From the NCBI GenBank assembly GCA_030264375.1, contig JASCQW010000119.1:9834103-9898102 (forward strand): 64,000 bases of DNA, read 5' to 3'. Positions 39,060 through 50,859 of the stretch are shown in pieces. The stretch comes from Carcharhinus longimanus (taxonomy: Eukaryota). The notes beneath the pieces are model-generated. The model worked only from the letters and a program-made list of their open reading frames with translations. It was not told where the DNA came from and searched no databases. The position numbers were made by a program, and so were the translations under genes. Within the stretch, counting starts at the first letter, position 1; the number at the start of each line of letters is the position of its first letter.

Positions 39060-40197
39060 AATACCGTCATCATCATTTTTTCCAGGAAACTCGTCTCCAA
39101 ACTCCGTGGCCTGGCCTCGGCTCCTCCTTCTGCGACTGGATCCTGCGCTTCCAACCTAGAGGCCACAATCAATAATGGTGGGCGACAACACCTCATCCAC
39201 GATCATTCTCAACACTGGTGCATCACAAGGTTCTGGTCTTAGCCACCTACTGTACTTATGTATATATATACTCGGGACGACTGTTCCCCACCAAATGATT
39301 TTCAAGATTGCTGAAAACACCACAGTAGTGAGTCGGATCTCGAAAAAAAAAGTCACGAGATAGAGTAAATGATTGAGGTGGAGAATTTGCTGAATTGATC
39401 AAGAAACAATACTCCCTCCCTCAATGTCAACAAAAAGAAGGAAATTGTTCTCGACTTCAGAAAGTGCAGAAAATNNNNNNNNNNNNNNNNNNNNNNNNNN
39501 NNNNNNNNNNGACCTTCCAGTGTCTGGTAGCCAGAGCACCAGCAATCTGTGCTGCCCCCCGCACCGCCCCACCCCCCCGCCCCCCGCCCCAACCAATGCC
39601 GTTAGAACAGTTTAAACATGTTAAATGTTCCTAATTTGTCAGATGACTAAGGGAATTTGACATGTCAGCCACGACTCTCCAACCTTACAACAGCAACATT
39701 GAAAACGTTATGTCTGATGCCATCCTAGCTTGGTATTTTTCCTGCTCTGCCCAAGACCACAGGATACTACTAAAGTTATCTAATCCATCACATAAACCAG
39801 TCTCACATCCATTAACTCTGTCTAAATTATCTGCTGCCTCAGCAAAACAGCCAGCATAATTAAGGACCCAATGCACCCCGGATATTATCTTCTTCTGCAA
39901 AAATATATTAAAATCAACTTTCTTCCTTCTGCAAAAAGATACAAAAAAAATCTGAGATCACGTACCAACTGACTCAAGAGCAGCTTCTTCTCTGTTGTCA
40001 CCAGACTTTTGAATGGACCTGCCCTGCATTACGGTGACCTTTATCGCCATTCCAGCTACGATAGCGACACAGCATTCTGCACTCTACCATTTACTTCTCA
40101 GCGAAACGTATGCTCTGTCCGTATAGTGCGTAAGAATTAATATTGTCACTGTATGATACTAAGTCTGACAATAATAAATCTAATTAAATCAAATAAA
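39060..40197 (+). mobile_element. Rex1/Babar-type LINE, 5'-truncated and degraded
   Basis: KLVSKLRGL, CDWIL, VGDNTSSTIILNTGASQG..LS.LLY, IFKIAENTTVV.RIS (~GAPQGCVLSPLLY / KFADDTTVVG), with an AAATC-like tail. Confidence 0.85.
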
Positions 40198-41713
40198 AAT
40201 ATCTGAGCACGCAAGTAATTTTATGGAAATCGCTGCACCCGATCGTTCAGTCCATCAGCAAAACTTGTATTGATGGATTTTATATAAAAAACTGTATGTT
40301 TCCACCAATCTCATGTAATCAAATGCGATTATACCTTTAATTTTACCTTTGTCAAAACTGACAAAGCATACAAATTGACGTTTTGTCTCCTCTTTCCCAA
40401 TTAGCATGGAGCTGTATCTCTGTTCATGTTTCATTAAACATCAATGGCCAATTAAGAGTGGCATTTATAAAAAAAATGCGTTATTTTTATCAGTGGGTCT
40501 GTACGTTAATGTTGGAAACAGAAGTATGGAATCAGAAATAAATAATGAGGATACCTAAGATTAAACTGAATAAAAAACACACTACCTGACGTTCATGCGC
40601 CTTACAGTTATCTGCATAGTGAACATCATACGCAAAAAAAAAAATGTTGCCCTGCTTGGGCAAGACTTCTATCCCTCTTCTTCGAATATTGAATTCCATC
40701 TCTCTCGTGAACCGATGATTTTTTTTTACCAAATGGAGTCAGCAAGTAAACCATGGAAAACTTGAAAAACAATATGTGCGACATCCAGCAAAATGCACGG
40801 AAATATCCGACAATAGGTGTAAACGAGGTGCCATTCGCTGCTCGTGTGTCTCAAGAGACAAATTATGTTCAGATTTCATATTTCCAACCCATATATAACA
40901 AAATCACGCAGCAAATTTAAGTTCACATCAGTATAGCTATGCAATCTAAAACCCATACTGATGAAGTTTACCTTGAATTAAGCGAACGATATTTAGTTTA
41001 ATCTCTGTATTTTAGAAATGAAATTCGAATCATTTAGCACATTTTTAATGATAGACATTGAGCAATTGTTAAGAACACCTGGTGACGTATCGTGACGATT
41101 TAAGGAAGATGAGCAATCATGAACACCGGAACACTCCTAGCACGGAAGACCTTCTTCCGGGAAAGATCAGCAACACAATGCCTCGACCTGCGTAACTGAT
41201 AATACTTGGACACGCTATCGTCGATTACGTACCCCTCAAACACGCAACTCTGACATTTTTCACGCCTTTAGGGCCAAATCTATAGACATTTATTTCTGCA
41301 AAACACGACAATATGCACATCATTTCGAAGATTATCTCCCTTCCCAAAACAGTGCCTGTAGTGCATCTGTTTAATGGTTCTATTCGTCAGAAGAGTGTCA
41401 AACAAGCGACACACTGTGCACAGATGTTACTCGTTCATCTAACACCTTCTTCTCTCTGTGTTCGGCCCCAATATTTTTTTTCCAAAATCAAGACAATTAT
41501 ATTTTTCAGATAACGCTATGTCGAACTGGGAAGTTTTATTTCGTGTGTCATTGTTTACGTATTTATTTATTTAGTACATTTATGTTGAAGTGCCAGATGA
41601 CTTAACTTATCCATTTTATCGTTTGAAGTATACGCGATATCCATCAAAAATCATGATAAAGATCATGGAGAATGTTTGAAATCGTGCTCGAGATAGCAAC
41701 GAGGCTTGAAAAT

Positions 41714-42140
41714 CTAATAGAGGTATACAAAATTATGAAGGGTATAGATAGAGTAAACAGAGGTAAGCTATTTCCTATAATCGAGACACGTAGGGCAAGG
41801 GGCCATGGACTTAAGGCGAGGGGGGAGCGGTACAACACAGATATTAGAGGGAGGTTTTTCACACAGAGGGTAGTGGGGGTATGGAATGCTCTGCNNNNNN
41901 NNNNNNNNNNNNNNNNNNNNNNNNNNNNNNNNNNNNNNNNNNNNNNNNNNNNNNNNNNNNNNNNNNNNNNNNNNNNNNNNNNNNNNNNNNNNNNTTTCCC
42001 TCAATCTGGATGGCCATAAAACATTAGATAGGGGTCATGGGTAGAGAGGTGGACTGGTGGTGTTGAGATGGTGGCGCGGGCTCGTTGGGCCGAATGGCCT
42101 GTTCCCCGGGCTGATTTTGTTCTTTGTTCTTTGTTCTTTG
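41714..42140 (+). mobile_element. Young CR1 copy, family C with (TTCTTTG)n tail
   Basis: LIEVYKIMKGIDRVNRGKLFP...FFTQRVVGVWNAL, gap, 3' UTR. TTGAAAAT direct repeat at 41706-41713 / 42138-42145. Confidence 0.9.
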
Positions 42141-42969
42141 AAAATATATTTGGACCTTCCCTTCCGATGAAAGAAAATCATTGTCGGGTTGCTACATAAG
42201 TTAAACTTAATTCCATTGTGCTGGGAATCTAGCTCGTACACCTGAAGCAAACATCCACAAAAAATGTTAAGAATGTCTTCATCGGTTGAATATGTTGAAC
42301 AGGAAATGTCACAGTATTCTAGCTGCCGTATTCCAACACAATTAAACATCTGAGAAGTATAGAAAACATTGTAAAGATGGGTCGAAGGCCGGTATGTAAA
42401 TCTGATTCCACTTTTTGGTAGTAGGGAAATAGTGAGCGAGTTATGTAGATGAGGTAGTAGCATGGCATGTTAAAATATGAGAATGCAGTGTGGAAAGAAC
42501 ACGCCTGAGGCGATTTGTTGAAAGTCAGAAGTGACGGTGTTATCGTTTCAATTGCCAATTCAATTCAATTGCTGAGGCTTGCCAAATGTTTACAATCAAT
42601 CTGGACCAGGTGGTCATGGGTGGCTCAGACAACAGCTGAGATTGTGGACTAGCGGGGCTGGAAGCAGCCAGCATATTATATCGGGGATGACAGATTCTGG
42701 TGGCAAGTCAGGCAAGTTGGGAATAGAAGTTTTTAAGAAAGCACAAATTATCAAATCAGGACGGATGAATGCAGTTGTCCGATGGCCATTGTCCATATTT
42801 GCTCCTTAATGTAGTTTCAAGGAACAAACATTTCCGGACTTTTCATCTTTAACTCCCTCACAAGCAAAAACGTAAAAACAAAAAAAAATCATGAGTTTCT
42901 ATATCCCTTGAATATTGCATAACATTTATCATTATCCGATCTTATTACCAACATTTGTGGATACGCAAT

Positions 42970-43351
42970 ATAAGAACATAAGAAATAGGAGGAGGAGTAG
43001 GTCATCTAGCCCTTCGAGCCTGCCTCGCCATTCAATATGATCATGGCTGATCTGAAGTGGCTCAGTTCCACTTTCCCGCCTTCTCCCCATAACCCTTAAT
43101 CCCCTTGCCTATCAANNNNNNNNNNNNNNNNNNNNNNNNNNNNNNNNNNNNNNNNNNNNNNNNNNNNNNNNNNNNNNNNNNNNNNNNNNNNNNNNNNNNN
43201 NNNNNNNNNNNNNNNCCAAAGTGGACAACCTCACACTTGCCAACATTAAATTCCATTTGCCAGTTCCTCGCCCATTCGCCCAGCCTATCTAGCTCCCTCT
43301 GCAGACTTTCCACAATCTCTGCACAATTTGCCATTCCACCAATCTTTGCGT
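42970..43351 (-). mobile_element. Young CR1 family A copy
   Basis: Tail and 3' UTR, gap, then AKIGGMANC...LQRELDRLGEWARNWQMEFNVGKCEVVHF. Confidence 0.92.
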
Positions 43352-43796
43352 TCCACCAATACTTTGGCGGTGCCAATATTATTTGGCTCGCAGGACTAAA
43401 CTGAAAATTTAGATTGCAAACTACGTTACGTTTGACCATATTTTATTTTCATAATAAACAAATGTTACAGCACTGCTCTTTCAGCCTATTTCAGGGCTGT
43501 GCTTAATGTTCTTCGGTTTAATAGATGAACAGAGCAATTTATATGAATCTACCTATGTTGTGTTGTGACCTTTGGCAATTCATCAAAATCGGTTCAATTG
43601 ATACTGTCACCATTTTCCGATCGGCGACCTCTCCGTATTTATTTCATTACGCAGCTCTTGAATTTGGAAAAAAAAGTTAAAAATATTATTCATTCTGTGC
43701 TCCCCAGTATTTGCAACGCAGTTTTGACCCGTGCATGTTGAATCTATTTCACGCTGAACTACAACATCCGAATGATCTCCCTATTCTCGGAAACAG

Positions 43797-43823
43797 GAAA
43801 GAAGAAACTTCAGAAAGAATTAG
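43797..43823 (+). CDS. Short coding exon E8 (27 nt, phase 1-1): GKKKLQKEL
   Basis: Acceptor tctccctattctcggaaacag, donor TAG|gtaaca. Open. Confidence 0.65.
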   Translation, partial: ERRNFRKN

Positions 43824-44579
43824 GTAACATTATTTTCCAATCTCATATCCCATTTATCTCATTTTCCTGATCTGATAAATATACACTGGACACTTTTCTT
43901 GAAATATTTGAAATACGTCACTTTTTTGAACAGTCAGTGCAAAGGCACAATTTGATAAGATAATAACTTTTGATGAAAGGTGACACCGAGGTGCTTTAAT
44001 ATAAGTGCAGCTACTGGGAGTAATGAGCCAAACTCCACTTTGCATTTCAAATTGTCTTCTTGCAGCGATATTGCCTTTCAGCTCTGCCCCAGGACAATTG
44101 AGAGGAATTGATCCTGGAATGCAGTCAATGTATTTAAATATCATTAAGCTCCATCAGAAGACGCTTTGGCTAACATATTAGCAGTCTAGGCAACGAAGGA
44201 ATACCTGTTGACTTTGAATATCGCCCTTGCAATCTTCAATGTTGGGCTGATAATGGCAAGAAAATTTCCTTTCACGTAAGAGATTGTAATGGAAGTTCTC
44301 AGAAGCAAAGATCCAACTTGTTTCCTATCAAACTCAATTGGATTTCATCTGTGATTCCTCAAAATTTACGACTTTGAACATCAACCGTAAATTTTAATGG
44401 CCTAACTTCATTTTCACTTGATACAAAAAAAACTGTGGTTGAAAGAATAAGAGTAAAGCTTCATGATAAATATCAATGTTCACATTCCCCGGAATCTGGT
44501 CTGCCTTTCAGCACTGAAGCAATGTTCCTGATGACCACTTGTCTGTCCATTCACCGTGAACCTTAATTCCATGATTAAT

Positions 44580-45250
44580 AAAAAAATGACGCAACTCAGT
44601 CTCATACACAAGGACTCTTCTGCACAGTTCTCTGCTGCAAGGACTTTGAAAAGTTTATTCTTTATTGATAGAATAAATTCCTCCTCACCTCAATAATACA
44701 TTTGCGATCTTTTTTTCAGAGATAATGCCTTCTATTCCCCGACAATTCTGCCAAGTCTTTTAAGAATGCGATATGTTTGAATGAAGATCACCTTGGCTTC
44801 TGTCAAATTTCAATGAGTCCTAACATGATTAACCTTTCCTCCTCAGACCATCGCTGCACATCTCAAATCACCCTGGTATAGCTTCTCTGAACTGCCACCA
44901 GTAATGCATTGCATTTCTTGATATCAGGGGATGATAACAGCACACAATATTACCAATGCAGAGCTGCAGATAGATGTCACCACATTTTTTAAACCATCCA
45001 CCTCAATGTAATGGCCAACATTCCAAGATTTTCATTGTATAGCTGTTGTAGTTGTGTGAAAGTGTTCTGTGTTCCATGCGCAAGGGTCCACAATTCAGTT
45101 CGGGTGATAACATTCTGCAGCTTTCCTCTCTCTGAATTTCAGGAATACTCTGTTAGATATCAGTATCTTGTCAAATATCCTGAAGGCTCTCAAATCGTTC
45201 AATGTATTGCGAATTTTGCTGCAGTACTTTCACTTCCTTCCTCCAAATAA
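44580..45250 (-). mobile_element. Degraded CR1 3' part (duplicated at ~51370-52030)
   Basis: GAATAAATTCCTCCTCACCTCA and TATGTTTGAATGAAGATCACC resemble reverse-complement CR1 3' ORF2. Confidence 0.6.
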
Positions 45251-45885
45251 CTTATATCTTCTAAAACGTTGTTGTTCCGGCGCAGTTCAGTGCATAAACT
45301 CACTGGTAGCATGTCGCTAAACTGCAAATTGGGTTGTAATCTCAAGCGCTGTTGCGAGCACATTTATCAATTCTCGTTGTTTGTTAATTAACTACGTCTT
45401 ATACCGTGGGTTCTTACAATTTAAGCATCAGTGACCTGACGTTCGGAAGATCAAAGATCAGAACAAGTAGATTTCTACTTGTTACGTCGTTTCATCCCAA
45501 TTGTAATACAGTCGTTAAAAAACAACTATTACATTTTCGCACATAATTTCCCTTTGATAAAGTCTTTTTAACGCAATTTTTATCAGATTCCGGTTTTTAT
45601 TGTTTGCTTCCTCACTTCCTCAATTATTGATGCCAACATTGATCCAAGAAAATACAGCCAGTTAACTTGTCTATAGGTAAGGATTTTGCCTCCCTTCTAT
45701 GTTAACAGCTGTGTCAGTGAGAAGCCGGAATAATAAAAAAAAAATGTCGTCATGATTTCTTCGTGGTAACATCACGTAAAAAAAAATGGTTTTAGATATA
45801 CAGCCATGGTAACAATTTGATCCTGAGAAGCTGCACGTTTTGCATTGAATTCTTTGAATTCTTTGACTTCTGTACGTCCCACTAG

Positions 45886-45912
45886 ATGGGAAAAAAGTGA
45901 ACATCGAACAAG
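45886..45912 (+). CDS. Short coding exon E9 (27 nt, phase 1-1): DGKKVNIEQ
   Basis: Acceptor ctttgacttctgtacgtcccactag, donor AAG|gtgaga. Open. Confidence 0.7.
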
Positions 45913-46149
45913 GTGAGAAATATGACTTTCCTCTTCTGATGTGATTAATTCATTGCAATACGAGGAATTTCCAATATGGTTTTTAATTCATTCCAAGTCA
46001 TTTCAACAGAATTCCACGGACCTCCAAAGGAATGTTTAAAACACCGAAGAATAAAAGATAATATATTTGCATTGTCTCTCATTCTCTGATGGTTCACAGA
46101 ATGCTTTACTCACATGTTGCTGAATTGCAAATGAAGCACACCGATTTAG

Positions 46150-47830
46150 TATACTATTGTGAGTTATTTTGGATGCAAAATGTGGTCGTATGTGAAGTGT
46201 TCAACGGAAGTGCCTGATGGGATCTCCAAAGTTCTGTGTGCACGTTGGGCTGTTGCAGGTATCTGTGTATTCCACTGTACAGGAGAACATGAATTAGGAC
46301 ATACGATAGGCAATCTGGTTCTTCGTGTGAATGCAAGTTCTTTAATGGGATGAAAACAAAATGCAAATTGTTTTGTACAAGTTAAGTAAGAGAGCCTAAA
46401 ACTGGCAACTGGAATTTGACGTTTCTAATTCTGATGTTGTCTTTTTTTCGGTGAGACAAATAAAAATGCCACCTGTTACCGAAATGGACAGATAGTGAAA
46501 AAAATCACAGAAAAAAATGCAAATGACTTTGGATATCCTTGGACATGACTTGGAGAAAGTTAGTATTCATGTGCAGCAAGAGATAAGAAAGCCTACTCTG
46601 CCATTCAGTACGATCATATCTAATCTTTTCTGTCCCTCAGATCGTCTTTCCTGACCTCTCCCAATAACCCATCATTCCGCGACTAATTCCGACCCATCTT
46701 TCTCCTCCTTTGTTTAGTTTCCCAGTGTCCAGTACACTCTGCGATAGAGAATTCCTCAAAATCACAAGTCTTCGAATTAAATAGCACTTTTTCATGTATG
46801 TTTTAAATCTGCGACTGTTAGCTTTAAGTTATGCTGTCTCGTTCGAGAATGAACAACAGGTTGAAAGATTCGCTCTACAATTGCCAATACAATCACTTTA
46901 GAATCGTAAAGAAAAAAAGATTTAGCTCTCCTCTAATTTTTCAATATTCACGGGATTACAGGCCGAAGTTATGCAGTCATTAATTATATGAAAAGTCCTT
47001 CACCTCTGAATAAAACTAACGATTCTTCTCTGAACAGCCTTCATGATTTACTGTCTTTTTCCTCTCCAGTTAATGGGTCAACACTGTCTCTCGTGCTTCA
47101 TTTGCGACCTCATAAATGCCGAATACAGTTGGAATCACACGCTGTCCTTCTGTACCTCCTTGCATTGCCAATGAATGCCAAAATCCCATTTGCCTTTCTT
47201 AACACTTGCTGAACATGAATACTATCATTTTCCAATTCATGCACAAAAATATCCAAACCCATTTGCATTGAACACTTTTTATTTTTAACAATCTGTCCCT
47301 TTAGGTAACAAGTAGCATTGTTATTTCTCTTACCAAAACAGACAGCGTCAGAACTATCCACGCCAAATTTCACCTGCCAATTTTATGTCCACTTATCTAA
47401 TCTGTACAAACCTATTAGCATTTTTATCACATTCAAGCAATTTGCATTCACATGTATATTTTCTTCTGCTCATTTGACTATACTATGCACTATTCCTTCA
47501 CCTGCTTTATTAAAAGAGATTACAAATAGGTGGAGCCAGATGACCAAACCCTCCTGAACACAAATTTCAGTGTGCTCACTTAAAGATAAAAAAAAATCCC
47601 TGTTAGCTCATTTTGTCTGTTAGAATATCTCTATTCATGAAAATATTTTAGCCCACACCTGTGTGAACTTACCTTGTACATCAATGTTTTCCTGGACATC
47701 CTTTTGAATGCTTTCCCGAGATCAGATATAATGCAACCATTTAAACATCATTATTCATGTTCCATTTGACACATTCGAAGAAATCTAGCAATATAATCAA
47801 ACACGATATATTTTTCATAAAATCATTCTG
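46150..47830. mobile_element. Tail-to-tail inverted pair of degraded CR1 RT segments
   Basis: + arm to ~46592, then a minus-strand copy running from its 3' UTR to ~47830. 46370-46590 matches the reverse complement of 47194-47410. Confidence 0.75.
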
Positions 47831-48622
47831 ATCATATCTGATTGTGTTTTGATCTTCCAGTTGTTCCGTTACTAAATATCTGATAATGAATTTCAATGAA
47901 TTCCGAACAACAAAAGTTATAATAACTGGTGACGAATTTCGGGAATTCGGCGGCTTGATGGGATAGGTGAGATATTCTTTCAGAGATTTGATGAACCCTC
48001 AAGAGGCCACATTGTCTCATTCCGCACTGTGGGAGTCCCATTAATCGTGCAGTGCAAAATGATGCAACAGAAGGACTGTGTAGATACAGTGAATAAATCA
48101 CACGCAAAAGATAAGACTATTACCCAACTAATATAAGAAAGCGTTTGTTTGCATAATTAGAGATATCCACATTAAGTATTGCAACATTAGATTGAGGACG
48201 AAACTCGACGCCAGAAAAAAAACTAAAGCAATCTGGCCCGGAACAATTGGGTGAGTGCCAAAACAAGTTCATGCCAGCTGGGATATTTAATCGAAATAAT
48301 AAGATAATGTTCGCCAGCCACAAAGTTGTGTGCCACACCCAATGCGGATTGCAGAATTAAATGCCTGATTTTATTTTTCATAAGGAAATGAGAGATGGAG
48401 AGAACACTGAACATCTTGTGGAAGCAAAACATCACTTTAGCCGACCAAAACTCTCAGTTACAACAGAAAATTGCTAATACAAAATCAAAGGTTAATTTTG
48501 CAAATTGTGAACTCTAAAAAACAGGAAGTTAATGGCCTGAAATAGGAAATTGATGGAGAGGTTTAAATTGATGCACATCTGCTGAATCCAGAACCAAACC
48601 AGAACTTTTCTATCCCAAGTAG

Positions 48623-48658
48623 AAAAGAGAAAACTTAAAGATCAGCTTAAAAAAAAAG
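48623..48658 (+). CDS. Short coding exon E10 (36 nt, phase 1-1): EKRKLKDQLKKK
   Basis: Acceptor cttttctatcccaagtag, donor AAG|gtgaga. Open. Similar motif to E8. Confidence 0.68.
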
Positions 48659-49399
48659 GTGAGAATAAAATAAAAATGACGTGACTATGTCATTGCATTA
48701 CCTCCAAACAATGCCTTTTTATCGGACAAACAAATTGATCAACAACCGTTGAAGTTCCATGATGTGTCATAATCACGATAACATATTGTTTTCTTTAGCA
48801 TCAAGATAATGAAGAAGGAAATGAAACAATTCAGTTCTCCGTAATGAAATGTCGATTGATGATTAAAAAGCGAGCAAGCTACAGTTGAATGCAAATTAAA
48901 AGCTCTCCATATTAGAGGCTGGCAATAGGGGTGGGACGGGGAAGAAATTGCCTTTTGTGCGGTTGTGGTCAGCTACGGTACTCCAGGTTGCGCTGCTGAA
49001 GGCTTTCTAAAATTCCCGACTGAAAGTTGCAATGCAATTTCATTGAAACACAAACTCTTATCTCTGGCTCCAGCCAATTGTAACACTACGGAATACCCAT
49101 TTTTCATGGGAACATTTTGATGGTTTCCACTCGTTTATACAGCAGTCATCGTGAAAGCGTTGCAGAAAATATGACTTTTCTTTCAACTGAAGAGTCATGA
49201 GTACACAGACAAACANNNNNNNNNNNNNNNNNNNNNNNNNNNNNNNNNNNNNNNNNNNNNNNNNNNNNNNNNNNNNNNNNNNNNNNNNNNNNNNNNNNNN
49301 NNNNNNNNNNNNNNNACAGCAGTCATCGTGAAAGCGTTGCAGAAAATATGACTTTTCTTTCAACTGAAGAGTCATGAGTACACAGACAAACAGATACTC

Positions 49400-49900
49400 T
49401 CACATCAGTACTGCTACCCCAAAAAGATCAATGAAATCTCCCCTCCCCCAATCCCCGTTTCCACAGCTGGACTTGCCAATATCAGTGATCGAATTAGTGC
49501 CTGAGCTGAATAGTCGAGATCCGTTTCTACAGCTTTGCTCCATTCGCTCAAGCAACTCCATGCAGCCCTCCGCTATCCTGTCATCCACAAGCACGAACGG
49601 GATCATTGTTGTCTTACGCCCCAAAACACTCACACACCACCTCCCCTTCCGCCCACATCACTCGAACATGTCTGATTCGCAGTCCAGCAAACATTATCGA
49701 TTAGGTCCAGACCAAACTAGTTTAAACCCACACAGAGTGCCAGCTGGATTTACGCCTGCAACAAGAACGCACAACCACCCTGCTCACGCAACCACAACAG
49801 GCCGAACACCGAAGAGGTCCAAACCTCAATTCAAGCGCCCAAGTTCCGTTTTCCAGATAATTGTCACGCCCCGAAGCTACCAAGAGTCTCCACAAGCCTC
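49400..49900 (+). mobile_element. Probable decayed L2-type LINE fragment (C-rich)
   Basis: C-rich strand with weak resemblance to the L2 EN-RT linker as I recall it. Source of the 239-aa chance ORF. Confidence 0.35.
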
Positions 49901-50499
49901 CAACGGCACCACTGGCTGCACTGAAACCATCATCGCGTGCATTAAGTCGTCTATATTCAATACAGTTCAACGCATGTATATTTCGCATCATATCTATCCT
50001 ACGGTCAGTAAGGGACATAAATTAGAAATCAGGAAACTATGGAAGTCTCAAAGCAAACATTCATGTGGCAGTCTCTATGAGCTTTTTAGTTGAGGTAAAC
50101 TCACACATCCATTGAAGGACACCCACCGAAAATAGGTGAAGGATTTGAACACGATCATTTAACTTCCGGGGATGAAACAGAATACATTGGATGTAAATGC
50201 ATGGGAGAAATTCCTCTTGTAATTGCGCAATGCTTTTGAACACAAATATTCAAAATAATTCGATACCTCCCTTGTTCATTTAGAAAACATAGTTCTGGCT
50301 ACCAGTAATTCGATTCCTATATTTGAAAGTACACTCCCGACTTTTCATTACCAATTCCAGCTCCAAAATGTGGTGGAAACTGGCAAGCACGATAAAATTA
50401 TGATAGTTTCAGCACTTTTTCTCTGGTAGTAGCGCTAAAAGTGCCAATAAATAAATAAGTATTAAATATTTGCAAATTTCGTGTCACTGCAGTGACTAC

Positions 50500-50830
50500 C
50501 ACATCGGATCCAACTGACATGCATCGTCTCCTGAATATATTTAATACACTCGCTTCATCCACTTCCTGTGGTAATGAATTGCACACATTCACCACGCTTT
50601 GTGTGAAGAAATGTCTCCTCATCTCCATTCTAAATGGCCTAGCCCGAAACATCAGAACACTTCCCCTCATTTGTTCTCCTCCACCATCGAGAACGTCGTC
50701 CTTGAATCTAGCCCGTCTAGTTATGTTAGAAGTGCATTAGTCTTATACGTTTTCTATGTCGATGAATACTGTAAATCGATGCGTCCTCTCCCTCCTTCCT
50801 TTCAACTCCTCCTTCCAGGGATTGACACAT
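50500..50830 (-). mobile_element. CR1 3' part (duplicated at ~53250-53580)
   Basis: Minus-strand RARPFRMEMRRHFFTQSVVNVCNSLPQEVDEA. Confidence 0.8.
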
Positions 50831-50859
50831 TCCTAATCCGCCAATGTGTGCCTGCGCTG

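Larger units (their letters stand above)
44091..50859 (+). repeat. Tandem segmental duplication, copy 1
   Basis: 44091-45566 aligns to 50860-52343, and 49771-50859 aligns to 52523-53612. I counted 12 mismatches in a 146-bp sample. Confidence 0.93.

Noticed and set aside
49139-49392. Exact 77-bp direct repeat flanking a 100-N gap
   Set aside because: A perfect match on both sides of a gap is most simply an unmerged contig overlap.
49374-50093. 239-aa Ser/Pro/Thr-rich ORF
   Set aside because: C-rich probable LINE relic. The duplicate copy (52523-52676) frameshifts and stops, and there is no recognisable domain.
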